From NCBI GenBank assembly GCA_009995045.1, contig JAACQG010000010.1, positions 28,025 through 92,024 of the forward strand: a DNA stretch of 64,000 nt, read 5' to 3'. The notes under the pieces are model-generated. The model was not told the origin of the DNA, did no database searches, and saw only the letters and a list, made by a program, of their open reading frames with translations. This stretch comes from Alphaproteobacteria bacterium (GTDB lineage: Bacteria; Pseudomonadota; Alphaproteobacteria; Micavibrionales; Micavibrionaceae). Below are positions 55,981 through 64,000 of this stretch, in pieces. The position numbers and the translations under genes are program-made. How positions within the stretch are numbered: position 1 is the first letter of the stretch; each line of letters opens with the position of its first letter.

Positions 55981-56658
55981 ATGCGAATACTCGTCATCGA
56001 GGATGATCCAGAGGTGCAATCCTACATCGCCAAGGGCATGAAGGAAGCAGGGCATGGCGTCGACACCGCAGATAACGGCAAGGATGGGCTGTTCCTCGCA
56101 ACAACCGAGGATTACGACGCGTTAATCGTCGACCGCATGCTTCCCGAACTTGACGGGCTAACCATCATCAAGACCATTCGCGGCGCAGGAAATGCAACAC
56201 CCGCAATCATCCTTAGCGCTTTGGGTGAAGTTGATGACCGCGTTAAAGGATTAAGATCCGGCGGGGATGATTACCTCACCAAACCATTCGCCTTTGCCGA
56301 GCTTCTCGCCCGTGTTGAAATCCTTGGGCGCAGAAAAAACGACAACTTGCAAAACGGCGACACCAAACTATACGCAGGTGATCTGGAGTTAGACCTCCTC
56401 TCACGCAAAGTCATTCGCGATGGAAAAACAATCGACCTGCAATCGCGGGAATTTCAATTGCTCGAATACATGATGCAAAACAAAGGACAAGTTATCACCC
56501 GCACAATGCTGCTAGAGCATGTATGGGATTACCATTTTGATCCACAAACCAATGTCATTGATGTCCATATCAGCCGCCTACGCAGTAAAGTGGACAAAGG
56601 ATTCGACAAAGCAATCATAAGGACAGTGCGCGGTGCAGGATATATCATCGAAGATTAA
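55981..56658 (+). CDS. OmpR/PhoB-family response regulator
   Basis: MRILVIEDDPEV, D....DALIVDRMLPELDG and a winged-helix C-terminus (LDLLSRKV...LQSREFQLLEYMM.N.GQV.TR..LLE.VWDY...NVIDVHISRLR.K...IRTVRGAGY). The ORF opens at 55945; ATG 55981 is preferred. Confidence 0.93.
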   Translation: MRILVIEDDPEVQSYIAKGMKEAGHGVDTADNGKDGLFLATTEDYDALIVDRMLPELDGLTIIKTIRGAGNATPAIILSALGEVDDRVKGLRSGGDDYLTKPFAFAELLARVEILGRRKNDNLQNGDTKLYAGDLELDLLSRKVIRDGKTIDLQSREFQLLEYMMQNKGQVITRTMLLEHVWDYHFDPQTNVIDVHISRLRSKVDKGFDKAIIRTVRGAGYIIED

Positions 56659-57934
56659 AAAGAGCAAAAGCCGGCATTACATCAAAAGCTCCAGCTTCAT
56701 CATGGCGTTGGTATTCACTATCCTATGCGGCGCAGCGGCCTTAAGCCTCGGTTATTTTATCAATTATTTCACCCAAGGCCACTTCATTGAAACCACCGAA
56801 GCCGCGCTCGACGCTGAAATTCGCTACATCGAAGCACTTGGTGAGCGTGATGTGTTGCCAAAACATACAGGCAAATTATACATCTACCTTGATAAAAACG
56901 CACCATTGCCCGATTACCTCTCCTCGTCGATCTCACGCCTGGCCGAGGGGATTATTGTCTTCAATTACCCCAAAAACAATCATCGTTACGCCGCAAAAAT
57001 TTACACATCAAAAAACGCACAACGCATTTTGGTCGGCACCGATATCACCAGCATCTCTAAAAAGTTCAAATTCATGCAATGGCTGGGTGTCGCGGCCATA
57101 TGCTTTGTCATGTTGATCGTCTTCGCGGCATATGTCATCAGCGTTTTTGTTGTGACCGAAACCAATAAAATAGCAGATACCGCACGTGACATCATGAACA
57201 CGGGCGATTTATCACGCCGCCTTGAGGTTGGATCAAAATGGGATGATCTGGGCAATATGACGATTGTTCTAAACGCCCTGCTTGCGCGTGTGGAAGAGCT
57301 GATGACAGATGTCCGTCAAGTTTCCGACAACATCGCCCACGATCTGCGCACACCATTAACCCGTATGCGCAGCAATATTGAAACATTACCCGAGAGCAAA
57401 AATAAAGACGAATTGCTGGACGAAGCCGACCACATCCTCAACACATTCAACGCATTGCTTCGCATATCACGCATCGAGGCCGAGCAGCAAAAAAGCCAAT
57501 TCGCACCCATCAATTTAAAAAACCTATTGGATGATGTCGCCGAATTCTACGCCCCTCTTGCGGAAGAAAAAAACATTAATCTTACCGCAATCCTATCAGA
57601 TATCAGCCTGAACGGAGATCGTGATCTCTTATTTCAAGCCTATGCAAACCTGCTAGATAACGCGATAAAATTTAGCCCCAATGGCGGCACCGTCAAATTA
57701 ACACTCACACAAAAGCATAATGACACGCTTATCACAGTCCAAGACAGCGGCGTCGGCATCGCTGACAATGAGAAAAATAAAATCTTCAATCGCTTTTATC
57801 GCGGCGTCAAATGCCGGAGCACACATGGCACCGGATTAGGGCTAAGCCTTGTAAGCGCGGTGATCAAGCTTCATGGCGGGACGATAACCGTGAAGGACAA
57901 CAACCCTGGCCTAAAAATCATTACGATTTTGTAA
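56633..57934 (+). CDS. sensor histidine kinase (2 TM, HAMP, HisKA, HATPase)
   Basis: GTG start overlapping the regulator gene by 26 nt (alternative ATG 56702). H-box SDNIAHDLRTPLTRM, N-box LLDNAIKFSP, G-boxes DSGVGI / GTGLGLSLV. Confidence 0.9.
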   Translation: MQDISSKIKKSKSRHYIKSSSFIMALVFTILCGAAALSLGYFINYFTQGHFIETTEAALDAEIRYIEALGERDVLPKHTGKLYIYLDKNAPLPDYLSSSISRLAEGIIVFNYPKNNHRYAAKIYTSKNAQRILVGTDITSISKKFKFMQWLGVAAICFVMLIVFAAYVISVFVVTETNKIADTARDIMNTGDLSRRLEVGSKWDDLGNMTIVLNALLARVEELMTDVRQVSDNIAHDLRTPLTRMRSNIETLPESKNKDELLDEADHILNTFNALLRISRIEAEQQKSQFAPINLKNLLDDVAEFYAPLAEEKNINLTAILSDISLNGDRDLLFQAYANLLDNAIKFSPNGGTVKLTLTQKHNDTLITVQDSGVGIADNEKNKIFNRFYRGVKCRSTHGTGLGLSLVSAVIKLHGGTITVKDNNPGLKIITIL

Positions 57935-57981
57935 TTTTAAAACCATGGATTTCTAAACCCTGTCACACCATAATCATATGC

Positions 57982-59229
57982 ATGAGAATTGGAATAATTG
58001 GCACAGGCATTTCGGGATTAGGCGCAGCATATCTGTTATCGCCCAATCACGACATCACGGTTTACGAAAAAAACAGCTATATCGGCGGCCATAGCCGTAC
58101 AATAGACGTTCCTGCGGGTGATAACAAAACCCCCGTTGATACTGGCTTTATCGTATTCAACAATTGGAACTACCCCCATCTCTTAGGACTTTTCAAACAA
58201 TTAGACGTCCCTTACCAAAAAAGCGACATGTCATTTGGGGTAAGCATTGATGATAGCTGGTTGGAATATGGCTCCAACGGTATGTTCGCACAAAAAAAGA
58301 ACCTTTTGCGTCCGCAATATTACGGCATGCTCACCGACATCATCCGCTTTAACAAACAAGCCTTATCAATCGTCGAAGACAACAACGATATGACATTGCA
58401 GCAATGTCTGGACAAGCTTAACATGGGGCAATGGTTCCGCCGTTACTATTTGCTCGCCATGGGCGCAGCAATTTGGAGCTGTCCGATTGATACAATCATG
58501 AAATTCCCCGCCCGCACATTCCTGCAATTTTTCAAAAACCATGGCCTCCTGAGCATTACAAATCGCCCGAAATGGTATACCGTGACCGGCGGCAGCCGTG
58601 AATATACCAAGCGCTTAACCACAAATTTAAAAGATAAAATCAAACTCAATTGCGGCGCAACATCGGTCACTCACAATGACGGAAAAATCACCATCACAGA
58701 TGCCAACGCAGAGGTGCAAACATATGATCGTGTCGTCTTCGCATGTCACGCGGATGAGGCAATGACACTCATCGAAAACCCGCACGCAGAGATCGCATCG
58801 ACAATCGGCGCATTTGATTATCAAGACAATGAAATCGTCACGCATTCCGATATCAGCTTTATGCCGCAAAACAAAAAATGCTGGGCCAGTTGGGTCTATT
58901 TATCCGAAACCCGTGAAGACAAAAACGAAGCCGTCTCGCTCAGCTATTGGATGAACAACCTTCAAGGGCAAGACGCAAACTATCCCCTCATCGTCACGCT
59001 CAACCCGGGCCGCCGCCCTGACGAAGATAAGATTATGGATCAGCACACATTCTCCCACCCCATTTTTGATCAAAAAGCCATCAACGCACAAAGCAAAATC
59101 CCCGATATTCAGGGCATAGACAATATGTGGTTCTGCGGTGCGTACCAACGCTTCGGCTTTCACGAAGATGGCCTACTCAGCGCGGTTAATGTTGCAAAAT
59201 CAATGGGCGAGAGCATTCCATGGGAGTAG
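57982..59229 (+). CDS. NAD(P)/FAD-dependent oxidoreductase (amine-oxidase-like)
   Basis: Rossmann start MRIGIIGTGISGLGAAYLL....ITVYEKN.YIGGHS. The ORF opens at 57811 inside the kinase gene; ATG 57982 is preferred. Confidence 0.88.
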   Translation: MRIGIIGTGISGLGAAYLLSPNHDITVYEKNSYIGGHSRTIDVPAGDNKTPVDTGFIVFNNWNYPHLLGLFKQLDVPYQKSDMSFGVSIDDSWLEYGSNGMFAQKKNLLRPQYYGMLTDIIRFNKQALSIVEDNNDMTLQQCLDKLNMGQWFRRYYLLAMGAAIWSCPIDTIMKFPARTFLQFFKNHGLLSITNRPKWYTVTGGSREYTKRLTTNLKDKIKLNCGATSVTHNDGKITITDANAEVQTYDRVVFACHADEAMTLIENPHAEIASTIGAFDYQDNEIVTHSDISFMPQNKKCWASWVYLSETREDKNEAVSLSYWMNNLQGQDANYPLIVTLNPGRRPDEDKIMDQHTFSHPIFDQKAINAQSKIPDIQGIDNMWFCGAYQRFGFHEDGLLSAVNVAKSMGESIPWE

Positions 59230-60008
59230 CAACCAGCACACCACAAATCTTTTTCGGCAAGGTCATGCATGCGCGTCTTTTGCCAAAAAAGAACGCGTTC
59301 CGCTATGGGATCTATTATCTCACCTTGCCCTTATCACAACGCACATCCATGCCTATCGCTTACAACCGCTTTGCCCCGCTCAGCTTTTATGACCGCGACC
59401 ACGGCGCATGTGACGGAAGCGATCTGGAACATTGGGCAAGAGATATCCTAAACGCGCATAACATCACCAAAGCAGATGGTGAAATTATCCTGATGTGCAT
59501 GCCGCGCATCTTCGGATACACCTTTAACCCCGTAAGCTTTTGGCTATGTCATGACAAAGACAATAATATACGCGCCATATTATGCGAGGTACACAACACC
59601 TTCGGCGAACACCACACCTATATTTGCGCCCATGATGATCAGCGCCCAATCCATTTAAAGGACACCATGGAAGCCGAAAAAATATTTCATGTCTCTCCAT
59701 TTTTAAAACGTGAAGGCCGCTACACATTTCGCTTTGATATCGAAAACGAGCAATTTTCAACATGGATCGATTTTTACGATGGCGATAATAACAAGCAACT
59801 CGTCACCTCACTCATTGGTGAAAACGTGAACATGACCAAACGCAACCTTCAAAAAGCATTCTGGACACACCCGCTTTTGACATTCAAAGCCATAACGCTC
59901 ATTCATTGGCAGGCATTGAAATTGGTCGCAAAAGGCATAAAATATATTTCTAAACCGAAACAAAAAGACAAACGCATAAGCAAAACGAAAAACCTTACAA
60001 ATTTGTAA
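59220..60008 (+). CDS. DUF1365 family protein
   Basis: G.V.H.R..P..N.F.Y..YY..L.L and F.YTFNPVSFW.C match DUF1365. Overlaps the upstream gene by 10 nt. Confidence 0.85.
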   Translation: MGVATSTPQIFFGKVMHARLLPKKNAFRYGIYYLTLPLSQRTSMPIAYNRFAPLSFYDRDHGACDGSDLEHWARDILNAHNITKADGEIILMCMPRIFGYTFNPVSFWLCHDKDNNIRAILCEVHNTFGEHHTYICAHDDQRPIHLKDTMEAEKIFHVSPFLKREGRYTFRFDIENEQFSTWIDFYDGDNNKQLVTSLIGENVNMTKRNLQKAFWTHPLLTFKAITLIHWQALKLVAKGIKYISKPKQKDKRISKTKNLTNL

Positions 60009-60051
60009 TTTTCAAGTAACGCACTGGTTATAGCATTTAGCATAGGATGAT

Positions 60052-61215
60052 ATGATGTTAGCACAAATCGCATCTGATAAATTATTCAAACGCCTCGACA
60101 CGATCGAGAGTGGCCGCCTTGAAGTGACCACCCCAGATGGTAAAACCCGCACATTTGAAGGGCGTACCCCCGGCGACAACGCAACAATTCAGCTCCACGA
60201 TTGGCGTGTGATCAGCAACATGATCCGCAAGGGCGACATTGGATTTGCCGAGGATTACCGCGCAGGAAAATGGGAAACCGATAATTTAACAGGTTTAGTA
60301 ACACTGGGCTTAGCCAACAAAAAATCGCTTAATTCTCTGGTCATGGGCAGCAGCATGTCACGCGTCACTGCAATGCTATCTTACCTGCTCAAAATAAACT
60401 CGGTGAAAGGCAGCAAGAAAAACATCCACGCCCATTACGATCTCGGCAATGATTTTTACAAATTATGGCTAGATCCAACAATGACTTACTCCTCCGCCAT
60501 CTACAAAGACAAACACGAATCTCTCACACAAGCGCAGCATAACAAATATGATCGTATCCTTGATTGCGTAGACCGCGAGTCTGGCTCGTTGCTGGAAATC
60601 GGCTGTGGTTGGGGTGGCTTTGCAGAACGTGCGCAACAGCGCGGTGATTTCAACATTCGCGGCGTAACATTATCCCAAGAACAACACGCATTCGCCAATA
60701 ACCGCCTCGCCGGTGCAGCGGAGATCGTCCTCGAAGATTACCGCCATCAAGATAAAAAATACGACAACATCGTCTCCATTGAAATGTTTGAAGCGGTTGG
60801 TGAAAAATACTGGCCCACATATTTTGCCAAGGTCAAAGAGCTACTCAGTGACAATGGTAAAGCCGTGATCCAAACCATCACAATGAACGAAGACGATTTT
60901 TCAAATTACCGAAAAGGCGGTGACTTCATCCGCAGCTTTATTTTCCCCGGCGGCATGCTGCCTAGCGCATCTCGCTTTAAACAGGAAGCAGCAAAAGCCG
61001 GATTAAAGACCAATAACAGTTTTTATTTCGGCCAAGACTACGCGCGCACATTGAGCGAGTGGTTAAACGATTTCGACAAGAAACATAAAGAAATTCAATC
61101 CCTTGGATTTGATGATGGTTTCATGCGCCTATGGCGTTTCTACCTTGCCGCATGCATAGCAGGATTTAAAACCGAACGTACCGACGTGATGCAAGTGGAG
61201 CTATCTCATGCGTAA
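60052..61215 (+). CDS. cyclopropane-fatty-acyl-phospholipid synthase family SAM-dependent methyltransferase
   Basis: I.AHYDLGNDFYKLWLD..MTYSSA.Y, the SAM motif LLEIGCGWGGFA, and S.EMFEAVG..YW..YF. Confidence 0.92.
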   Translation: MMLAQIASDKLFKRLDTIESGRLEVTTPDGKTRTFEGRTPGDNATIQLHDWRVISNMIRKGDIGFAEDYRAGKWETDNLTGLVTLGLANKKSLNSLVMGSSMSRVTAMLSYLLKINSVKGSKKNIHAHYDLGNDFYKLWLDPTMTYSSAIYKDKHESLTQAQHNKYDRILDCVDRESGSLLEIGCGWGGFAERAQQRGDFNIRGVTLSQEQHAFANNRLAGAAEIVLEDYRHQDKKYDNIVSIEMFEAVGEKYWPTYFAKVKELLSDNGKAVIQTITMNEDDFSNYRKGGDFIRSFIFPGGMLPSASRFKQEAAKAGLKTNNSFYFGQDYARTLSEWLNDFDKKHKEIQSLGFDDGFMRLWRFYLAACIAGFKTERTDVMQVELSHA

Positions 61216-61750
61216 ATTAACGACAATCTTGTGCGCAGCAATGATCATCATCCCCAATTTCGCAAGTGCAAGCGAACGCATTGAAGAGATATTGCCAGAC
61301 GCAAAAATAATCGGCGAAGGCCGTCTGACATATCTTCTCTGGGATGTGTATGACGCGGCGCTATACGCACCAAACGGTATGTGGAGAGATGATGAACCAT
61401 TCGCATTAAAACTCTCATATCTCATGGATATTGAGGGCAAGAAGATTGCTGACCGCTCAGTTGTCGAAATGCGCCACCAACAAACCGCAAATGAAGTCCA
61501 ACTCGCCGCATGGCATGCCCAAATGTGCAAAATCTTCCCAAAAGTACAAGAGGGAGAGACAATCACCGGCGTTTACACCAAAAACAAAGAAACCGTGTTT
61601 TATAAAGGTGACCAAGAAATTGGGCGCATCAAAGACCCAAAATTCAGCAAAGCCTTTTTTGGCATATGGCTCAGCAAAGACACCAACGCACCAGACCTGC
61701 GCCGCAAACTCTTAAGCGGCAATGCAACACAAATGGCTGGCAAACAATAA
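61208..61750 (+). CDS. chalcone-isomerase-like domain protein, secreted
   Basis: Signal peptide MRKLTTILCAAMIIIPNFASA. G.GRLTYLLWDVYDAALYAP and F.GIWL resemble the bacterial chalcone_isomerase-like family. Overlaps the upstream gene by 8 nt. Confidence 0.7.
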   Translation: MRKLTTILCAAMIIIPNFASASERIEEILPDAKIIGEGRLTYLLWDVYDAALYAPNGMWRDDEPFALKLSYLMDIEGKKIADRSVVEMRHQQTANEVQLAAWHAQMCKIFPKVQEGETITGVYTKNKETVFYKGDQEIGRIKDPKFSKAFFGIWLSKDTNAPDLRRKLLSGNATQMAGKQ

Positions 61751-61766
61751 TCAAAAGGATTTTACG

Positions 61767-62303
61767 ATGCGCATCTTGAAAGGATTTCTACTCATGGGGC
61801 TTATGACATTTTTAAGCAGCTGCAGCGGCGCAACGCTCGACCATTATAAGGGAGCTGAGCCACCCTTAACCCTCGAGCAGTATTTCACCGGCCCAATTAA
61901 GGCATGGGGAATTGTTCAAGACCGCAGCGGAAAAGTCACGCGTCGTTTTGATGTGAACCTTGTTGGATCATGGGACGGCAATGTCGGCACACTCGACGAA
62001 GACTTCACCTATTATGATGGAGAAAAACAAAAACGCGTTTGGACAATCAAAAGCTTGGACAATGGTAAATACGAAGGAACCGCAGGCGATATCATTGGAA
62101 CAGCCGATGGACAAATTCAGGGCAACACAATGCGATGGGCATACCAAATGGATTTACCCGTCGGTGACAAAACATATAATGTAACCTTTGATGACTGGAT
62201 GTTCTTGATGAATGATGGCGTATTGGTCAATCGCTCCTATATCAAAAAATTCGGCGTCACAGTCGCTGAATTAACCCTCTTCATGCAAAAACAGGATCAA
62301 TAA
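61767..62303 (+). CDS. DUF3833 family lipoprotein
   Basis: The ORF opens at 61722. ATG 61767 (SD AAAAGGA) gives the lipobox LMTFLSS-C. Also LEQYFTGPIKAWGIVQDRSGKV.RRF.V...G.WDG..GTLDE.F.Y.DGE...R.W. Confidence 0.8.
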   Translation: MRILKGFLLMGLMTFLSSCSGATLDHYKGAEPPLTLEQYFTGPIKAWGIVQDRSGKVTRRFDVNLVGSWDGNVGTLDEDFTYYDGEKQKRVWTIKSLDNGKYEGTAGDIIGTADGQIQGNTMRWAYQMDLPVGDKTYNVTFDDWMFLMNDGVLVNRSYIKKFGVTVAELTLFMQKQDQ

Positions 62304-62304
62304 A

Positions 62305-63054
62305 GTGGACAGCGTTAAAAACAAAAACATATGGATCATCGGCGCAAGCAGCGGCATTGGCGAAGCGCTTGCCAGAGAACTCGCCGCGCAAGGGGCTAAA
62401 ATCACCATATCCGCCCGCAGCGAGGACAAACTCAAAGCCATCGCAGACAGCCTTGGCGAAGGTCATACCGCCCTCCCCTTAGACGCAAGCAATCCCGACA
62501 TGCTTATCAACGCCGCCAATAGCTTTAAAGATCTGGATACAGTCATCTTCCTTGCCGCCATCTATGCGCCGCATTCAAAAGAAACAAAAGACATCGACTT
62601 CATTCATAAAATGTTAGACGTCAATATCGGCGGCGTATTTAACACCGTCAACGCCGTTCAACCCGTTTTCGAAAAACAAGGCAAAGGCCAAATCATCTTA
62701 TGCGGCTCCGTCGCAGGGTATCGCGGTCTTCCTTATGGTCAGCCCTATTGCGCGACAAAAGCCGCAATTCATAATTACGCCGAGAGCTTGAAAATCGAAT
62801 TAGAACCCAAAAATATCGACGTTAAAGTGATCTCCCCCGGCTTTGTTAAAACACAGTTGACCGATAAAAATGAATTTCCCATGCCAATGATCATCGAAAC
62901 AGATGAGGCCGCTAAGGCCATTGCAAAAGGCATCACAGGGAATCAATTCGAAATCCACTTCCCCAAAAAATTCACATACATTATGAAACTGATTAAAATC
63001 CTTCCCACACCTCTATTTTTCGCCCTGTCACGAAAAATGCGTAAAGCGCAGTAA
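62305..63054 (+). CDS. short-chain dehydrogenase/reductase (SDR)
   Basis: GTG start 1 nt after the upstream stop. IIGASSGIGEALA (the TGxxxGxG equivalent), NIGG and the catalytic YCATKAA. Confidence 0.9.
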   Translation: MDSVKNKNIWIIGASSGIGEALARELAAQGAKITISARSEDKLKAIADSLGEGHTALPLDASNPDMLINAANSFKDLDTVIFLAAIYAPHSKETKDIDFIHKMLDVNIGGVFNTVNAVQPVFEKQGKGQIILCGSVAGYRGLPYGQPYCATKAAIHNYAESLKIELEPKNIDVKVISPGFVKTQLTDKNEFPMPMIIETDEAAKAIAKGITGNQFEIHFPKKFTYIMKLIKILPTPLFFALSRKMRKAQ

Positions 63055-63098
63055 TCAAACGATAGGTTAAAGACCAATATCAATAAACCACAAAGGTA

Positions 63099-63115
63099 AT
63101 GAGAATTATTCTCAT
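63099..63115. promoter_or_regulatory. 17-nt perfect palindrome resembling an Irr iron-control element (ICE) upstream of an OMP gene
   Basis: ATGAGAA-TTA-TTCTCAT compares with the ICE consensus TTTAGAA-N3-TTCTAAA. It lies 99 nt upstream of ATG 63214 and next to a TTGACT hexamer (63122-63127). Confidence 0.3.
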
Positions 63116-63213
63116 ATCCTATTGACTCCGATAACGCCCTTAAGTACACCTCTGAATGTGATGCGAATGATTTGCATCAGCAAACTAAAAAATTGCCTTA
63201 AGGACGAGATACC

Positions 63214-64000
63214 ATGACAACAACATTCAAAAAAACCGCCCCCTTCCTCACCGCATCAATTATTGCTGCTGGCTTTACGCTACCTGCTTATGCGCAGAGT
63301 ACACCAAGCATTTCTGCGGAAGTTGTCATGGAATTACAAAACGAATACACAACAGACGCTGATGATGCCGCGATTGACGGGCACAACAACCTCTTCTTCC
63401 GCACAGAAGTCGCGCCAACACTTCAACTGAACGAAAATTTCTTCGTTGATGGCGTCTTCGTATGGGAAGACATCCAAGACCGCGAAGCAAATAAAAGCAA
63501 CTTCTTCGACAATGAAGGTGGCTTCGTTGAAGAAATCAAACTTAACTACGAAAATGGCCCATGGGCGGCTTGGGCCGGTAAATTCAACCCTGGCTTTGGG
63601 ATCGCATGGGATTTCGGTCGCGGCATCTGGGGTGAAGATTTCGCCGAAGATTACGAAATCACAGAAAAAATCGGCGTTGGCGCTGGCTATACCTTCGAAA
63701 CCGAAGGCTTCGGCAGCCACACATTGGCCGCCAACACATTCTTCGCAGATACAACATTCCTATCCGGGTCAACAATCACCAAGCGTGACACATTGGACCT
63801 TGATGATGGCGGCGTATCCAACACCGAAGATTTCGCATCATATGTCGTATCATTAGAAGGCGAAAACCTCGCAGGTGTTGAAAATCTTTACTACAAACTC
63901 GGCTACCGCCACCAAGACGAAGGCGATAAAACAGTCGGCGGCGACAACGAAACAGGTTACGTTGCAACCCTTGGCCACGTCTTCCCAATCGATGATCGCT
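63214..64000 (+). CDS. 3'-truncated CDS: putative outer-membrane beta-barrel protein
   Basis: Not in the supplied ORF track because no stop occurs before the window end. My translation of frame 1 from ATG 63214: MTTTFKKTAPFLTASIIAAGFTLPAYA|QSTPSISAEVVMELQNEYTTDADD...KLNYENGPWAAWAGKFNPGFGIAWD...GVGAGYTFETEGFGSHTLAANTFFADT... It has a signal peptide and alternating aromatic/Gly beta-strand-like segments. SD AAGGACGAG lies upstream. Confidence 0.65.
   Translation, partial: MTTTFKKTAPFLTASIIAAGFTLPAYAQSTPSISAEVVMELQNEYTTDADDAAIDGHNNLFFRTEVAPTLQLNENFFVDGVFVWEDIQDREANKSNFFDNEGGFVEEIKLNYENGPWAAWAGKFNPGFGIAWDFGRGIWGEDFAEDYEITEKIGVGAGYTFETEGFGSHTLAANTFFADTTFLSGSTITKRDTLDLDDGGVSNTEDFASYVVSLEGENLAGVENLYYKLGYRHQDEGDKTVGGDNETGYVATLGHVFPIDDR

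Noticed and set aside
57811-57981. The N-terminal extension of the oxidoreductase ORF
   Set aside because: The extension lies inside the histidine-kinase CDS in another frame. The Rossmann beta-strand and GxGxxG motif start exactly at ATG 57982.

Overview
The window looks like an alphaproteobacterial chromosomal segment. Markers are a permuted two-piece tmRNA, GapR/DUF2312, an alpha-type SspB, a COQ9-like plus ABC1-kinase pair, and hflK-hflC-degP. I can support about 50 CDS, one tRNA-Arg(CCG) and one tmRNA. I saw no rRNA, CRISPR array, transposase or integrase. Most genes are housekeeping: ubiquinone accessory genes, thyA/folB/folA, apbC, hflKC-degP, miaA, ilvB/ilvN/ilvC, two EamA transporters, two two-component systems, and an 8-gene lipid-modification cluster (FAD oxidoreductase, DUF1365, CFA-synthase-like, chalcone-isomerase-like, DUF3833, SDR). 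The stand-out region is 4217-23173, a tightly packed four-gene operon of about 19 kb encoding about 6,300 aa of giant, apparently extracellular modular proteins. Gene A (2103 aa) combines a pilin/pseudopilin-like N-terminus, phage tail-fibre-type repeats, a DUF1566-like module, a peptidase-S74 intramolecular-chaperone domain and a C-terminal TM helix. Genes B-D (1096, 1666 and 1439 aa) have Sec signal peptides and shuffle four module types: 13 LamG-type lectin modules, DUF1566-like modules, a recurrent two-Cys 'Cys-box', and an endostatin/DUF1554-like module. A cluster of four GANTC (CcrM) sites precedes the operon, and tRNA-Arg plus a degenerate copy of its 3' end follows it. I propose this operon as the candidate undescribed surface-recognition/adhesion system. 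Secondary oddities are listed here. (1) A 2.7-kb AT-rich antisense two-gene insertion splits ilvB from ilvN. (2) The tmRNA tag frame contains a duplicated ANDN start. (3) A 23-nt perfect duplication covers the ssrA terminator region next to sspB. (4) An 80-aa 'mini' flagellar-rod-like protein has no flagellar neighbours. (5) An Irr/ICE-like palindrome lies upstream of an outer-membrane protein gene. All family assignments come from motif recognition by eye, not from database searches.
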